DNA of 52,229 nt from a virus (IMGVR_UViG_3300038406_000260:1-52229), one strand, 5' to 3'; positions 1 to 7,852 are shown, counted from the stretch's first letter. The notes: generated from the sequence alone by a model not told the origin. Numbers and translations are program-made.

Positions 1-127
1 GGCCGCCGTTGGCCAGCCGCGTCTGAATCTGGGCCAGCTGTGCGGCGGCCTCCTGGATGGCCCGGACGGTGTTGTCCCGCTCGGACCGGACCTCCTGCTC
101 GAAGGCGCGGCGGACCTCCGCCGGTGG
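1..127. repeat. Terminal direct repeat identical to 52103-52229 (circular assembly overlap)
   Basis: GGCCGCCGTTGG...CCGCCGGTGG occurs at both ends; a minus-strand ORF reads through the join. Confidence 0.95.
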
Positions 128-135
128 AAGTGCCA

Positions 136-933
136 TCACCGCCCACCGCCCGCCGGCTCGGCGGTGGGCTCGACATCGGGAATGGGCAACTCATGTTGTG
201 CCCACGCCAGGAAATGCCCGTAGCCCGCCTGAGTCATCCAGTCCGCCACACGCTCCGCACCACTGCATGTGTCGTTACGAGCGCCGAAGTCGTCCGCCGC
301 GCGGCGCCTCTCTTCGGTGGCGAAGTCGCGGAAGTCGCGTGGGGTCATTGCTCGTAACGCGACCCGCTCGTCCTTACGGCGCGGACGCTGGCCGGACTCG
401 ACGGTGCGCGTGATGACGGCGACGGGGTCGTCAGCGACACCCCACCAGCCGAGCACCAGTTGCCCGGTGCGGTGGATCTTCCGCAGTAGCCGGTTGGCCC
501 GGCTGGTAGCCTTCAGGACGGCGCCAGCGCGGCTCATCGCAGCGATCCACCCCTCGCTACTGGACGATTGTCCACTAACGTCGGGCATATCGGGCACGCT
601 GTCCCGATTCCAGCGGCCGTTGCCGCGTCGACCGTCGCCCGCCAGCGTCAGCGCCGTGGCTGCCGCTCGCCGCGGGAGGGTCAGGTGGCGTCGCTGGTTG
701 TTGGCAGACAGCACGTAGCCGACCGGATCGTCGCCTTCGTAGGTCTCGAACGTCGGCTCCACACCGGCGATCCGGCATGCGGCCAGCCGGTTACGACCAT
801 CGAGCACGCGACCGTCGGTGTCCAGCACGATCGGGTGGCGCAACCCGTTGGACCTGATGTCCTCGGCAAGGCGGCGGAGGTCCGGCTCGTCGAGCATCGG
901 CCAGACCGCGGCGGCGGGGTGCGTAGTGGTCAT
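136..933 (-). CDS. ParB/Srx-like N-terminal domain protein
   Basis: LAEDIRSNGLRHPIV...VLDGRNRLAAC...SANNQRRHLT. Confidence 0.75.
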   Translation of the reverse strand: MTTTHPAAAVWPMLDEPDLRRLAEDIRSNGLRHPIVLDTDGRVLDGRNRLAACRIAGVEPTFETYEGDDPVGYVLSANNQRRHLTLPRRAAATALTLAGDGRRGNGRWNRDSVPDMPDVSGQSSSSEGWIAAMSRAGAVLKATSRANRLLRKIHRTGQLVLGWWGVADDPVAVITRTVESGQRPRRKDERVALRAMTPRDFRDFATEERRRAADDFGARNDTCSGAERVADWMTQAGYGHFLAWAQHELPIPDVEPTAEPAGGGR

Positions 934-1247
934 GACGCCGGCTCGGTCCGGGTGTGGCCGGGTACTAGGGGGCCTGTTCCCTGCCCACCGTCGCGGGCAG
1001 GTACTGAGGCCCCGGTTCCCCGGCCCCCGGCGCCCGCCGTCGCGGGCGAGTCTGTGACCGGCGCGCTGTCGAACCAGCTCCGGAGCGCTTCGTGTGACAC
1101 CTCGACGCCGGTCGCCTGGGTCAGCTCGACGGCGAGGGTCCGCCAGCCCATGCCGGCCGAGCGAGCTGAGGACACGTAAGCGGCGAGGGTGGTCCCGCCG
1201 AGGTGGCGTTCAAGCTGCCGGTAAAGCCGGGTAGTTCCTTCTCCCAT
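930..1247 (-). CDS. Cro-like HTH protein
   Basis: Divergent from repressor; WRTLAVEL...VSHEALRSWF helix-turn-helix. Confidence 0.6.
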   Translation of the reverse strand: MGEGTTRLYRQLERHLGGTTLAAYVSSARSAGMGWRTLAVELTQATGVEVSHEALRSWFDSAPVTDSPATAGAGGRGTGASVPARDGGQGTGPLVPGHTRTEPAS

Positions 1248-1373
1248 AGCCAGAAGCTTGACACGGTGAAGCTAGCTTGTCCAGCGCTCGCTATCAGCCG
1301 AACGGCCACCAGTTTGACACCAAGAAGGCGTAGGGGCTTGTCATGACTCCCGGCACCGTGTCAAACTCCTGAC
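1248..1373. promoter_or_regulatory. Divergent lysis/lysogeny switch with inverted operators
   Basis: TTGACACGGTG (1258-1268) is inverted at 1354-1364; AGTTTGACAC (1311-1320) is inverted at 1358-1367. Confidence 0.7.
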
Positions 1374-1883
1374 GTGGACACGACAGAAGTGGCGCAACGC
1401 CAGCCCGAGCGGGTGATCCCTCGGGACACCTTTCGAGCCCGGCTGATGCTGACCCGGCTACACGCCGGCGACCTGACCATCCGGGAGGCGGCAGCCAAGT
1501 GCGGCCTCAACTACGGGTCATGGGCGAACTGGGAGAAGGGGATCAAGCCGCGCGACAAGCTGGAGACCGCCGAAGCCATCAGTGACGGACTCGGCGTGGA
1601 CCGCGACTGGCTGCTGTTCGGTGGCCCACTCGCACCCGAGGACCGCCGCCACGGCCGAGTGGTCAGCCGACCCGGCCGCAGGTTAACGGGAAGCTATCCC
1701 ATCGCCACCACACCGACCACCCCCACCCAGCCGGACAGCCACCACATTCGCCCATCCGTCCGACCCGCCGGCTCCCCCAGAAGCATGAGCCGCGTACCCG
1801 CACCGACCACCGCCAGCATCGGCCGCCCGGCCCGACTCTCCCACCCGCCAGCCCCGGCACCACACAGCGCCACCAGCCGATAA
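1374..1883 (+). CDS. XRE-family immunity repressor with Pro-rich C-terminal tail
   Basis: LTIREAAAKCGLNYGSWANWEKG HTH and LGVDRDWLLFG; directly upstream of integrase. Confidence 0.8.
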   Translation: MDTTEVAQRQPERVIPRDTFRARLMLTRLHAGDLTIREAAAKCGLNYGSWANWEKGIKPRDKLETAEAISDGLGVDRDWLLFGGPLAPEDRRHGRVVSRPGRRLTGSYPIATTPTTPTQPDSHHIRPSVRPAGSPRSMSRVPAPTTASIGRPARLSHPPAPAPHSATSR

Positions 1884-1889
1884 CCCCAG

Positions 1890-2726
1890 ATGACCCCCGA
1901 CCTTGACATCCTCGAGGACTACCTCGCCCACCTCACCAAGATCGGCCGCAGCCCGAAGACGATCCGCACCTACGGCACCGCGTTGAGGGCCGCGCATCGG
2001 GAGCTGCCCTGCGGGGTGCCGACCGCCACCACCGCCGAGCTCGCCCAGTGGCTCGGCCGCTACGACAGCGCCGCCACCCGCCGCACCTACCACGCGGCCA
2101 TCCGCGGGCTCACCTCGTGGGCGGCCGCCGTGGGGCACATCAGCCGGGATGAGGGGGCGTTGGTGCCCCGCCCCCGGGTCCGCCCCGGCCTGCCCAACCC
2201 GTGCTCCGATGAGCAGCTCGCGATCATCCTCGCCCACGCGCCCGAGCCGTACCGCACGTGGTCCATCGTCGCCGCCTACGCGGGCGCCCGGTGTATCGAG
2301 GTCGCCCGGCTGCACCGTGAGCACCTGTCACCCGAACGGGTGACGCTACACGGCAAGGGCGACAAGCCCCGGCGGGTGCCCACCCACCCGCTGGTGTGGG
2401 CCGCGGTCGAGGGCCTGCCGGCCGGTCCGGTGGCGCCGGGGCGGGACCCGTGGCGCGACCGGGTGAGCGCGGAGCTGCGCCGCTGCTACCTCGGGCTGGG
2501 GGTGGACGTGACCGCCCACCAGCTCCGGCACTGGTACGGCACCGCGCTGGTGGCCTCCGGCGCCGGGTTGGAGGAGGTGCGGGAGCTGATGGGCCACGCC
2601 AGCATCTCGACCACGCTCGGGTACGTCCGGGTCGCCTCACCCCGGCTGGCGGCCGCCGTCGGACGGCTGCCGGTCATCGCAGCCGCCGGGGCCGGCCCCG
2701 CCGGTCCCGGCCCGGCGGGTCGGTGA
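1890..2726 (+). CDS. int: Tyrosine recombinase/integrase (XerC-like, no arm-binding domain)
   Basis: AGARCIE (R), HGKGDK (K), HQLRH, LMGHASISTTLGY catalytic motifs. Confidence 0.92.
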   Translation: MTPDLDILEDYLAHLTKIGRSPKTIRTYGTALRAAHRELPCGVPTATTAELAQWLGRYDSAATRRTYHAAIRGLTSWAAAVGHISRDEGALVPRPRVRPGLPNPCSDEQLAIILAHAPEPYRTWSIVAAYAGARCIEVARLHREHLSPERVTLHGKGDKPRRVPTHPLVWAAVEGLPAGPVAPGRDPWRDRVSAELRRCYLGLGVDVTAHQLRHWYGTALVASGAGLEEVRELMGHASISTTLGYVRVASPRLAAAVGRLPVIAAAGAGPAGPGPAGR

Positions 2727-2946
2727 CCACCGCCACCGCCAGCGCCACCGCGGCCAGATGACGCGGCCGGGCCACCACCACCAGCTCCGCCGCCCCGGCG
2801 AGTATCAGCCGCCGGGCGGTCACCGCGTCCGCAGTGACCGCGGCCACCAGCCAGCCACGTGCCCGGCACAGCGCCGCGCACTCATGCTGCCAGCGGAGCA
2901 TCTCGGCACCGTGAGGGATGTAGAGCACAGCACGTAGGGATGGCAT
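2674..2946 (-). CDS. Small protein resembling a resolvase N-terminal fold
   Basis: RAVLY...QHECAALCRARGWLV...AELVVVARPRHL; lacks the R-x-S catalytic motif. Confidence 0.45.
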   Translation of the reverse strand: MPSLRAVLYIPHGAEMLRWQHECAALCRARGWLVAAVTADAVTARRLILAGAAELVVVARPRHLAAVALAVAVVTDPPGRDRRGRPRRLR

Positions 2947-3145
2947 GGGGGCGGGTCTCCTCACTCCCGCCAAGGACGAGGGGTGACCTGTCCAACGATC
3001 CGAGAGCGGCTCGGGTTGCTGTGAGCCGGCTCACGACGGCTAGCCGCCGTCACGGTGACGGGATGATTCCGCCTATCCCTCACTCCCGGCTGGGGTCGCC
3101 TGTCCGGCCGGTGGTGGCGGGCGTCGCGCCGGGGGTGTGGGGTCG

Positions 3146-3172
3146 GGCGCCGGCCCCTCGCGGGCCGGCGCC
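3146..3172. terminator. GC hairpin, probable terminator of the leftward operon
   Basis: GGCGCCGGCCC-CTCGC-GGGCCGGCGCC just past the stop at 3179. Confidence 0.55.
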
Positions 3173-3178
3173 TCCTCC

Positions 3179-3277
3179 CTAGTCGCTGTGCCCTATGTAG
3201 TGAGCGATGTCACCGACGAGGTTCGCTAGGACCGCGAAGCACAGTAGCCAGAACATGAACTTGTAGTACGTCGTCAT
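3179..3277 (-). CDS. Small membrane peptide
   Basis: MTTYYKFMFWLLCFAVLANL; ATGA coupling. Confidence 0.5.
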   Translation of the reverse strand: MTTYYKFMFWLLCFAVLANLVGDIAHYIGHSD

Positions 3278-3684
3278 GGCTTCCACTCCTCCTGGTAGTC
3301 CGGGTGGTAGCCGGCGTAGTGCAGGGCGAGCAGGCGCAGGGTTGGGCAGGGGACCGTCTCGTACTCGCTGCCGTACAGATCGCTCTGGCTGACCAAACAG
3401 CTGAGGCACTTGCCGTCCTCGTATTTGCTGCCGGTCCACACTCTCCCTGGCGAGTGCAGCGCCACTATCCGCCGCTTGGCCGCCACCTCGGCCAGCACCC
3501 GCGCCGGGTCATGCCGGGTGATGTGAGTGGCAACTTCCCCGCGGGCGCCCTCGTTGACGGCGAGACGCACGAACTCCTCTGTAGCACTGTCCTCGACGCC
3601 GTAGGACGTGGGCGCGTCCAGCGCACCCCGTGCCACCGCCTCGTCCTCGGCCAGCCGGGCGAGCAGAAACTCCACCAGCGTCAC
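3274..3684 (-). CDS. DUF6221-like actinophage protein
   Basis: LVEFLLARLAEDE...HDPARVLAEVAAKRRI...CPTLRLLA...HPDYQEEWKP. Confidence 0.75.
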   Translation of the reverse strand: MTLVEFLLARLAEDEAVARGALDAPTSYGVEDSATEEFVRLAVNEGARGEVATHITRHDPARVLAEVAAKRRIVALHSPGRVWTGSKYEDGKCLSCLVSQSDLYGSEYETVPCPTLRLLALHYAGYHPDYQEEWKP

Positions 3685-3914
3685 CGCCCGGCCTCCTTCC
3701 CCCAGTTGGCGCCCTCGTCCTGGCACACCCCCGGCTCCGGATGCGCATCGTCGTAGATGAATGCGACGCTGAGCCCCATCACGAACACCGCGAACACCAG
3801 CACGATCCCGGCCGCGAACTGGTAGACACGCCAAAAACCGGTCCGGCCGGCGCCCAGCCGGGCGCCAAGCCCCAGGCCCGTTAGCAGCAGCAAAGCGATG
3901 ATCAGCCAGTCCAT
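3681..3914 (-). CDS. Small membrane protein
   Basis: Two hydrophobic segments. Confidence 0.6.
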   Translation of the reverse strand: MDWLIIALLLLTGLGLGARLGAGRTGFWRVYQFAAGIVLVFAVFVMGLSVAFIYDDAHPEPGVCQDEGANWGKEAGR

Positions 3915-3917
3915 CAG

Positions 3918-4091
3918 CTACCCGCCTCCCCAGAACGCCAAAACCGCTACGACGATCAACGTGTTGACTACCACGACGATCAGGGCACTACCGGGCTGCA
4001 TCGGCTCTCGCGGCTTGCCGACGCTGAGGACGGCCCCTGCCGCATTGACCGCCAGCAAGGCGACCAGTAGCCACTTCACGAGTTCAGCCAT
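3918..4091 (-). CDS. Small membrane protein
   Basis: MAELVKWLL...; two transmembrane segments; GGAGG RBS. Confidence 0.6.
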   Translation of the reverse strand: MAELVKWLLVALLAVNAAGAVLSVGKPREPMQPGSALIVVVVNTLIVVAVLAFWGGG

Positions 4092-4093
4092 CG

Positions 4094-4309
4094 TCAGCCC
4101 CCCTCCTGTCCGGTGCCGACCCGGAGCACGGTTCCCCGGCCCGTGTCCAGCTCGTGCTGCACACGCTCGTTGTTGACGCCCACGCCTAGGTTGCTGGTGC
4201 TGCGCCATGGCGCGTCCGACCCGGGATAGACCTTGATCCAGGCTTTCCTGTCGGTGGCCACGACGCTGCCCTCGGGCAGCTCGGCGGCGGTTGCTGTGTC
4301 CACGGTCAC
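4094..4309 (-). CDS. Hypothetical protein
   Basis: GTG start coupled to upstream stop; ELPEGSVV...AWIK. Confidence 0.55.
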   Translation of the reverse strand: MTVDTATAAELPEGSVVATDRKAWIKVYPGSDAPWRSTSNLGVGVNNERVQHELDTGRGTVLRVGTGQEGG

Positions 4310-4530
4310 GGCTGGTCCTCCCCCTTCAGGTCGGTACGTGCACCTGGGCCGGGCCGGTTTCGCAACCAGCGATCGAGGGTGCTCTTTCGCCACACGGGTA
4401 CAGCGTGGCCCCCCTTGATCTCACGCCGGTCAGGTTGAGGGGCATGACCGCGGGCGACGTATGGCCGCCACGTGTTGATCGAGACACCGACGTACGCAGC
4501 GGCCGCCGCGTTGCCGATTAGCTCTGTCAT
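4306..4530 (-). CDS. MerR/excisionase-like HTH DNA-binding protein
   Basis: AAAYVGVSINTWRPYVARG.AP.PD...W..STLDRW...RPGPGARTDL. Confidence 0.75.
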   Translation of the reverse strand: MTELIGNAAAAAYVGVSINTWRPYVARGHAPQPDRREIKGGHAVPVWRKSTLDRWLRNRPGPGARTDLKGEDQP

Positions 4531-4541
4531 GCCTTAACCTT

Positions 4542-4630
4542 ACACCGCATGGTGACCTGACACCGCATGGTGTGAAGTAGCTCACATTGCCCCCGATTCC
4601 CTTGCAACCTCGCACCGCTCGGTGTACAGT
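4542..4630. promoter_or_regulatory. Three CACCGCnnGGTG operators and a rightward sigma70-type promoter
   Basis: ACACCGCATGGTG at 4542-4554 and 4560-4572; CACCGCTCGGTG at 4613-4624 lies inside TTGCAA(4602)-17 bp-TACAGT(4625). Confidence 0.72.
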
Positions 4631-4636
4631 TATCTC

Positions 4637-5060
4637 ATAAGCAAGGAAACACCAAAACTCCAAAGAGGGACCTAGGGGAAAACGAGATCAGCTCCCCACC
4701 GCGGAGCAAGCCGCCAGGGTCAACAGAACGGAACAGAAGACAGAGCGAAGCACCTGGTGCTTCGAGGGGGCCGAATCGCTTCCCCGCACTCCTACCGCGA
4801 CACCCGACACGTCGGGCGGCCGCAGGAGGCATATCCGATCGGCCCCCCCGTGGCACCAGGACCACCTGCGGTTACGTGGTCGGCCGGGAGGCCAGGCTAC
4901 GAGAGAGGCACCCGGGAGGGTGCCGAGCACACCGGATCACCGGTCACCCGCTGACGGGCGGGGCGCGCCGAGTCCCCCAGGCCTGACGGGGCCAACCGGG
5001 GGGCGGGAGCCGACACCGGCCGGCCACGTAACCGCAGGACCCACCACCTAGCCTGACAGA
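4637..5060 (+). ncRNA. Candidate large structured non-coding RNA or leader
   Basis: Promoter upstream; 23-bp stem 4865-4887/5016-5038 with nested hairpins; second long stem 4753-4778/4836-4860; A-rich linkers; no convincing CDS. Confidence 0.55.
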
Positions 5061-5082
5061 CCTACCACCGAAGGAGACCGCC

Positions 5083-5457
5083 ATGAGCACAACTACCGAC
5101 ACCACCACCGCGCTGGCCCTGGCCGACGCTTTCGACCGGCACTACACCACCGGCACCCGCCCCGCCCTGCCGGCCGCCATGGCCGAGCTGGGGATCACCG
5201 ACACCGCCGTGGCGTCTGAGCTGCTCACCTGTGGCTCCTCGCTCCAGTACGCCCGGGACCACGGCCTGGACGAGCTGGCGCAGCTGGCGCTGGCGATCAG
5301 CCTGGACGCGGTACGGGCCGACCGACCGGGCGCCTACGCCCAGCTCACCCAGGAGCACGTGGCCGAGTGGGCGCCGGAGGTGGCCGCTGGCGGGGAGACG
5401 ACGGTAGCCGCGCTAACGGAGATGCTGCGCTACGTCACCGGCGACCGTACCGCCTGA
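5083..5457 (+). CDS. Hypothetical protein
   Basis: AAGGAG RBS; phage-like codon usage. Confidence 0.75.
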   Translation: MSTTTDTTTALALADAFDRHYTTGTRPALPAAMAELGITDTAVASELLTCGSSLQYARDHGLDELAQLALAISLDAVRADRPGAYAQLTQEHVAEWAPEVAAGGETTVAALTEMLRYVTGDRTA

Positions 5458-5562
5458 CGCTGCCCGGTCCTCACCCGCTACGGCGGGCGGGGGCCGAGTG
5501 GCGGAACAGACCCGCCACCCGACCAGCCCGGGCTGCAACCCGGGCAGAAACGAGTAGATCAC

Positions 5563-6012
5563 ATGGACATCAACGCACCCACCCAGCCACAGCCGGTAGC
5601 ACCGGTGAGGCACCGGCCGCCGGCGTGGCTGGTGGTCACCTTCACCGGCCTGGCCTCCCTGCTCATCGGCATCGGCATCGGCGGCAGCGGTGAGGGCGCC
5701 GAGGCCACCACCGACACCAGCCCACCTGCGACCGTGGTCACCGTCGCCGACGTCCCGGACGTCTGCCTCGAGGCCCTGGACAACGCCGAGGACCTGATGG
5801 GGTTCAGCGCCGACTTCGCCGACATCGCCGCCGAAATGCCGATGATGATCTACGACGGGATCGAGGCTGGGATGGCCTACGACGCTACAGCGGTCGAGGA
5901 CCTGACCGACAAGCTGAACACGATCACTGCGGACGTGGAAGAGCTGACCGAGCAGATCGGCTCATCTGACTACCGGGACAACGCTGCCCAGTGCCGCGAC
6001 GCGGCCGGCTGA
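5563..6012 (+). CDS. Membrane-anchored exported acidic helical protein
   Basis: N-terminal transmembrane segment, Thr/Pro linker, two Cys. Confidence 0.7.
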   Translation: MDINAPTQPQPVAPVRHRPPAWLVVTFTGLASLLIGIGIGGSGEGAEATTDTSPPATVVTVADVPDVCLEALDNAEDLMGFSADFADIAAEMPMMIYDGIEAGMAYDATAVEDLTDKLNTITADVEELTEQIGSSDYRDNAAQCRDAAG

Positions 6013-6023
6013 CCCAACGACGA

Positions 6024-6058
6024 ATCGGCCCGACCCCGTGATGGGGGGTCGGGCCGAT
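6024..6058. terminator. Bidirectional terminator hairpin
   Basis: ATCGGCCCGACCCC-N7-GGGGTCGGGCCGAT between convergent genes. Confidence 0.75.
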
Positions 6059-6069
6059 CTTGTTGCGGG

Positions 6070-6285
6070 TCAGGGGCGGAAGTCGCCCTTGTCGGCGTTC
6101 GGCGGGCGCGGGTCCTCCGAGTTGTTGCCGTGGCCGGCGGGGTTGACGCACATCCAGCCGCCCTCGCTGGGATTGGCCGCGGCCTCCTGGCCGGGTGGGC
6201 AGGTGATCGGGTCGGCCTGTGCCGGACTGGCCACGGCGCCGACGCCGGCGGCGACCAGCGCCACGACGATGAGCAGCTTACGCAT
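6070..6285 (-). CDS. Small secreted protein
   Basis: Signal peptide ending AQA; two Cys; AGAGGAG RBS. Confidence 0.7.
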   Translation of the reverse strand: MRKLLIVVALVAAGVGAVASPAQADPITCPPGQEAAANPSEGGWMCVNPAGHGNNSEDPRPPNADKGDFRP

Positions 6286-6309
6286 GATGTCTCCTCTGTT
6301 CAGGTCCCA

Positions 6310-6615
6310 TTATCGCGCGCGTGGCCGACGTTTCTCCCATGGCCAGCCCCGCACGAGGTGGACCGGCAGCCACACCCCGACCGCCAACCCGGCCAGGCCC
6401 AGCACGCCGGTCACCACCCAGAAGACCGGCGAGGTGCCGCCGTCCTCTGTGCTCAGCCACTGCCGCAGGCTCTCGGTGTAGCTGCCACCGGACCCGGGGT
6501 CCACGACGGCCACCGTCTCCGGCCCGCCGAACCCGACCACCACCAGCAGTGCGAGCAGCACGGTGAAGATCGGCCACCAGCGGCGAATCCAGCTCGGGTC
6601 GCGGCGTCTGCTCAC
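6310..6615 (-). CDS. Membrane protein
   Basis: Two transmembrane segments; GTGA coupling. Confidence 0.6.
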   Translation of the reverse strand: MSRRRDPSWIRRWWPIFTVLLALLVVVGFGGPETVAVVDPGSGGSYTESLRQWLSTEDGGTSPVFWVVTGVLGLAGLAVGVWLPVHLVRGWPWEKRRPRAR

Positions 6616-6938
6616 GTCGGCACTACCTGGTCGCGCCGTAGGGTCGCCTCCGCCGCGGCGAAGTTCTCGTCCTCGGGGTCGCCGAACCGCCATGGCTCGC
6701 TGCCGTCGCCGAGCAGCTTCCACCCCACAACCTCGCCGTCACGGTACGCCAGCGCCAGCGCCCACCCGCGCGGGTGGAACACGACCCGGTTGATCAGCCA
6801 CAGCAGACCGGAGTCCCGTAGCTCGGAGAACGTCCGCACCGCCTTGTCGTGCCCCGGCATCGGCGCGCCTTCTGAGATCTCGCGGCCCAACTGGTTCTCC
6901 AGCTCTTCGTACGCCTGCCGACTTATGCTCCCGCTCAC
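6612..6938 (-). CDS. Phage hypothetical protein
   Basis: ELRDSGLLWLINRVVFHPRGWALAL; GTG at 6938 coupled to upstream stop. Confidence 0.6.
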   Translation of the reverse strand: MSGSISRQAYEELENQLGREISEGAPMPGHDKAVRTFSELRDSGLLWLINRVVFHPRGWALALAYRDGEVVGWKLLGDGSEPWRFGDPEDENFAAAEATLRRDQVVPT

Positions 6939-7183
6939 CGTGGCGCCTCCCGTTCCTGCCTGGCCACCCGGTCCGCCATGCCCCGGAGCTCGGCCGCGGT
7001 GAGCGTCGGCAGCGACGCCGCGTTCGCCGGCCCCAGGTAGGTCGCGGTCGACGCCGCGACCAGCACGATCAGCCCGGCCACCTCCGGCTCCAGCTCCACC
7101 CCGGCCATCCGTGCAACCGCAACCACCGCGGTGGCGGTCAGCCCGCCCAGGATCGCCGCGACCAGCTTCCGTATCCGTCTCAT
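6935..7183 (-). CDS. Holin-like protein
   Basis: RKLVAAILGG; two transmembrane segments; downstream of lysin. Confidence 0.6.
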   Translation of the reverse strand: MRRIRKLVAAILGGLTATAVVAVARMAGVELEPEVAGLIVLVAASTATYLGPANAASLPTLTAAELRGMADRVARQEREAPR

Positions 7184-7198
7184 GTGTCATCCTTCCGG

Positions 7199-7555
7199 TC
7201 AGCCGCACCTGAGGCTCGGCGGCTCCGGCACCGGATGCGCGATCAGCGCATCCCGGTACGCGTCGCTCGCGGCCAGGTAGGAGGCCAGCGCCATCGCGAA
7301 CTGCTCCTCATCCTGGGAGGCCACCGCCCGCACCAGCCGGTCCAGCGCGTCCGTGCGGTCCGCCGACAGGTCACCCAGCACGGTGGTGCGGGCCATGCTG
7401 GCGTCCCCCCACGCCTGCGTGCACTCGATGATCCGCACCTGCTCCCGGTCCAGCGCTTCCACCCGCAGGAACCCGGGCACGGCGACCACCGTCAACATCA
7501 CCAGCATGGCGGTGAACGGGCGGCCGCGTAGCCAGCGGACAATCCGGAGGATCAC
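7199..7555 (-). CDS. Lysis-cassette membrane protein
   Basis: N-terminal transmembrane segment, helical C-terminus ending PEPPSLRC. Confidence 0.6.
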   Translation of the reverse strand: MILRIVRWLRGRPFTAMLVMLTVVAVPGFLRVEALDREQVRIIECTQAWGDASMARTTVLGDLSADRTDALDRLVRAVASQDEEQFAMALASYLAASDAYRDALIAHPVPEPPSLRCG

Positions 7556-7559
7556 GGCA

Positions 7560-7646
7560 TCAGCTCGCCAGCCACAGCATGACCGAGACCACCGCCGCCG
7601 CGGTCAGGTAGATGACCGTGACCGGGTACCGCCTAGTCAGTGCCAT
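7560..7646 (-). CDS. 28-aa transmembrane peptide (below the ORF track cut-off)
   Basis: MALTRRYPVTVIYLTAAAVVSVMLWLAS; GGAGG RBS; fills the gap between lysis genes. Confidence 0.5.
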   Translation of the reverse strand: MALTRRYPVTVIYLTAAAVVSVMLWLAS

Positions 7647-7845
7647 TGCGTCGCCTCCTCGCCTCATCGACCCGCATGATCACGGGGCTGAGCAGGATCG
7701 CGCCGAGGAAGCTGAGCACCGCGGCGCGTGCCCCCCCCAGTGTGACCTCCCACATGGTCAGCGCGAGCGCCACGCTCACCACGGCGGTGTCCCGGACCGG
7801 CCGGCTCACCCATCGGCCCTGCGCGCCGTTGGCATTCGGGCTCAT
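7633..7845 (-). CDS. Holin-like membrane protein
   Basis: Two transmembrane segments, basic C-terminus; directly after lysin. Confidence 0.6.
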   Translation of the reverse strand: MSPNANGAQGRWVSRPVRDTAVVSVALALTMWEVTLGGARAAVLSFLGAILLSPVIMRVDEARRRRNGTD

Positions 7846-7852
7846 CTCCGGG

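Noticed and set aside
1875-1895. dif-like site (AGCCGATAA) before the integrase
   Set aside because: Only the left half resembles actinobacterial dif; the TTATGTCAA arm is missing
4951-4990. Hammerhead ribozyme (CTGAC motifs)
   Set aside because: The sequence is CTGACGG rather than CUGANGA, and there is no suitably placed GAAA
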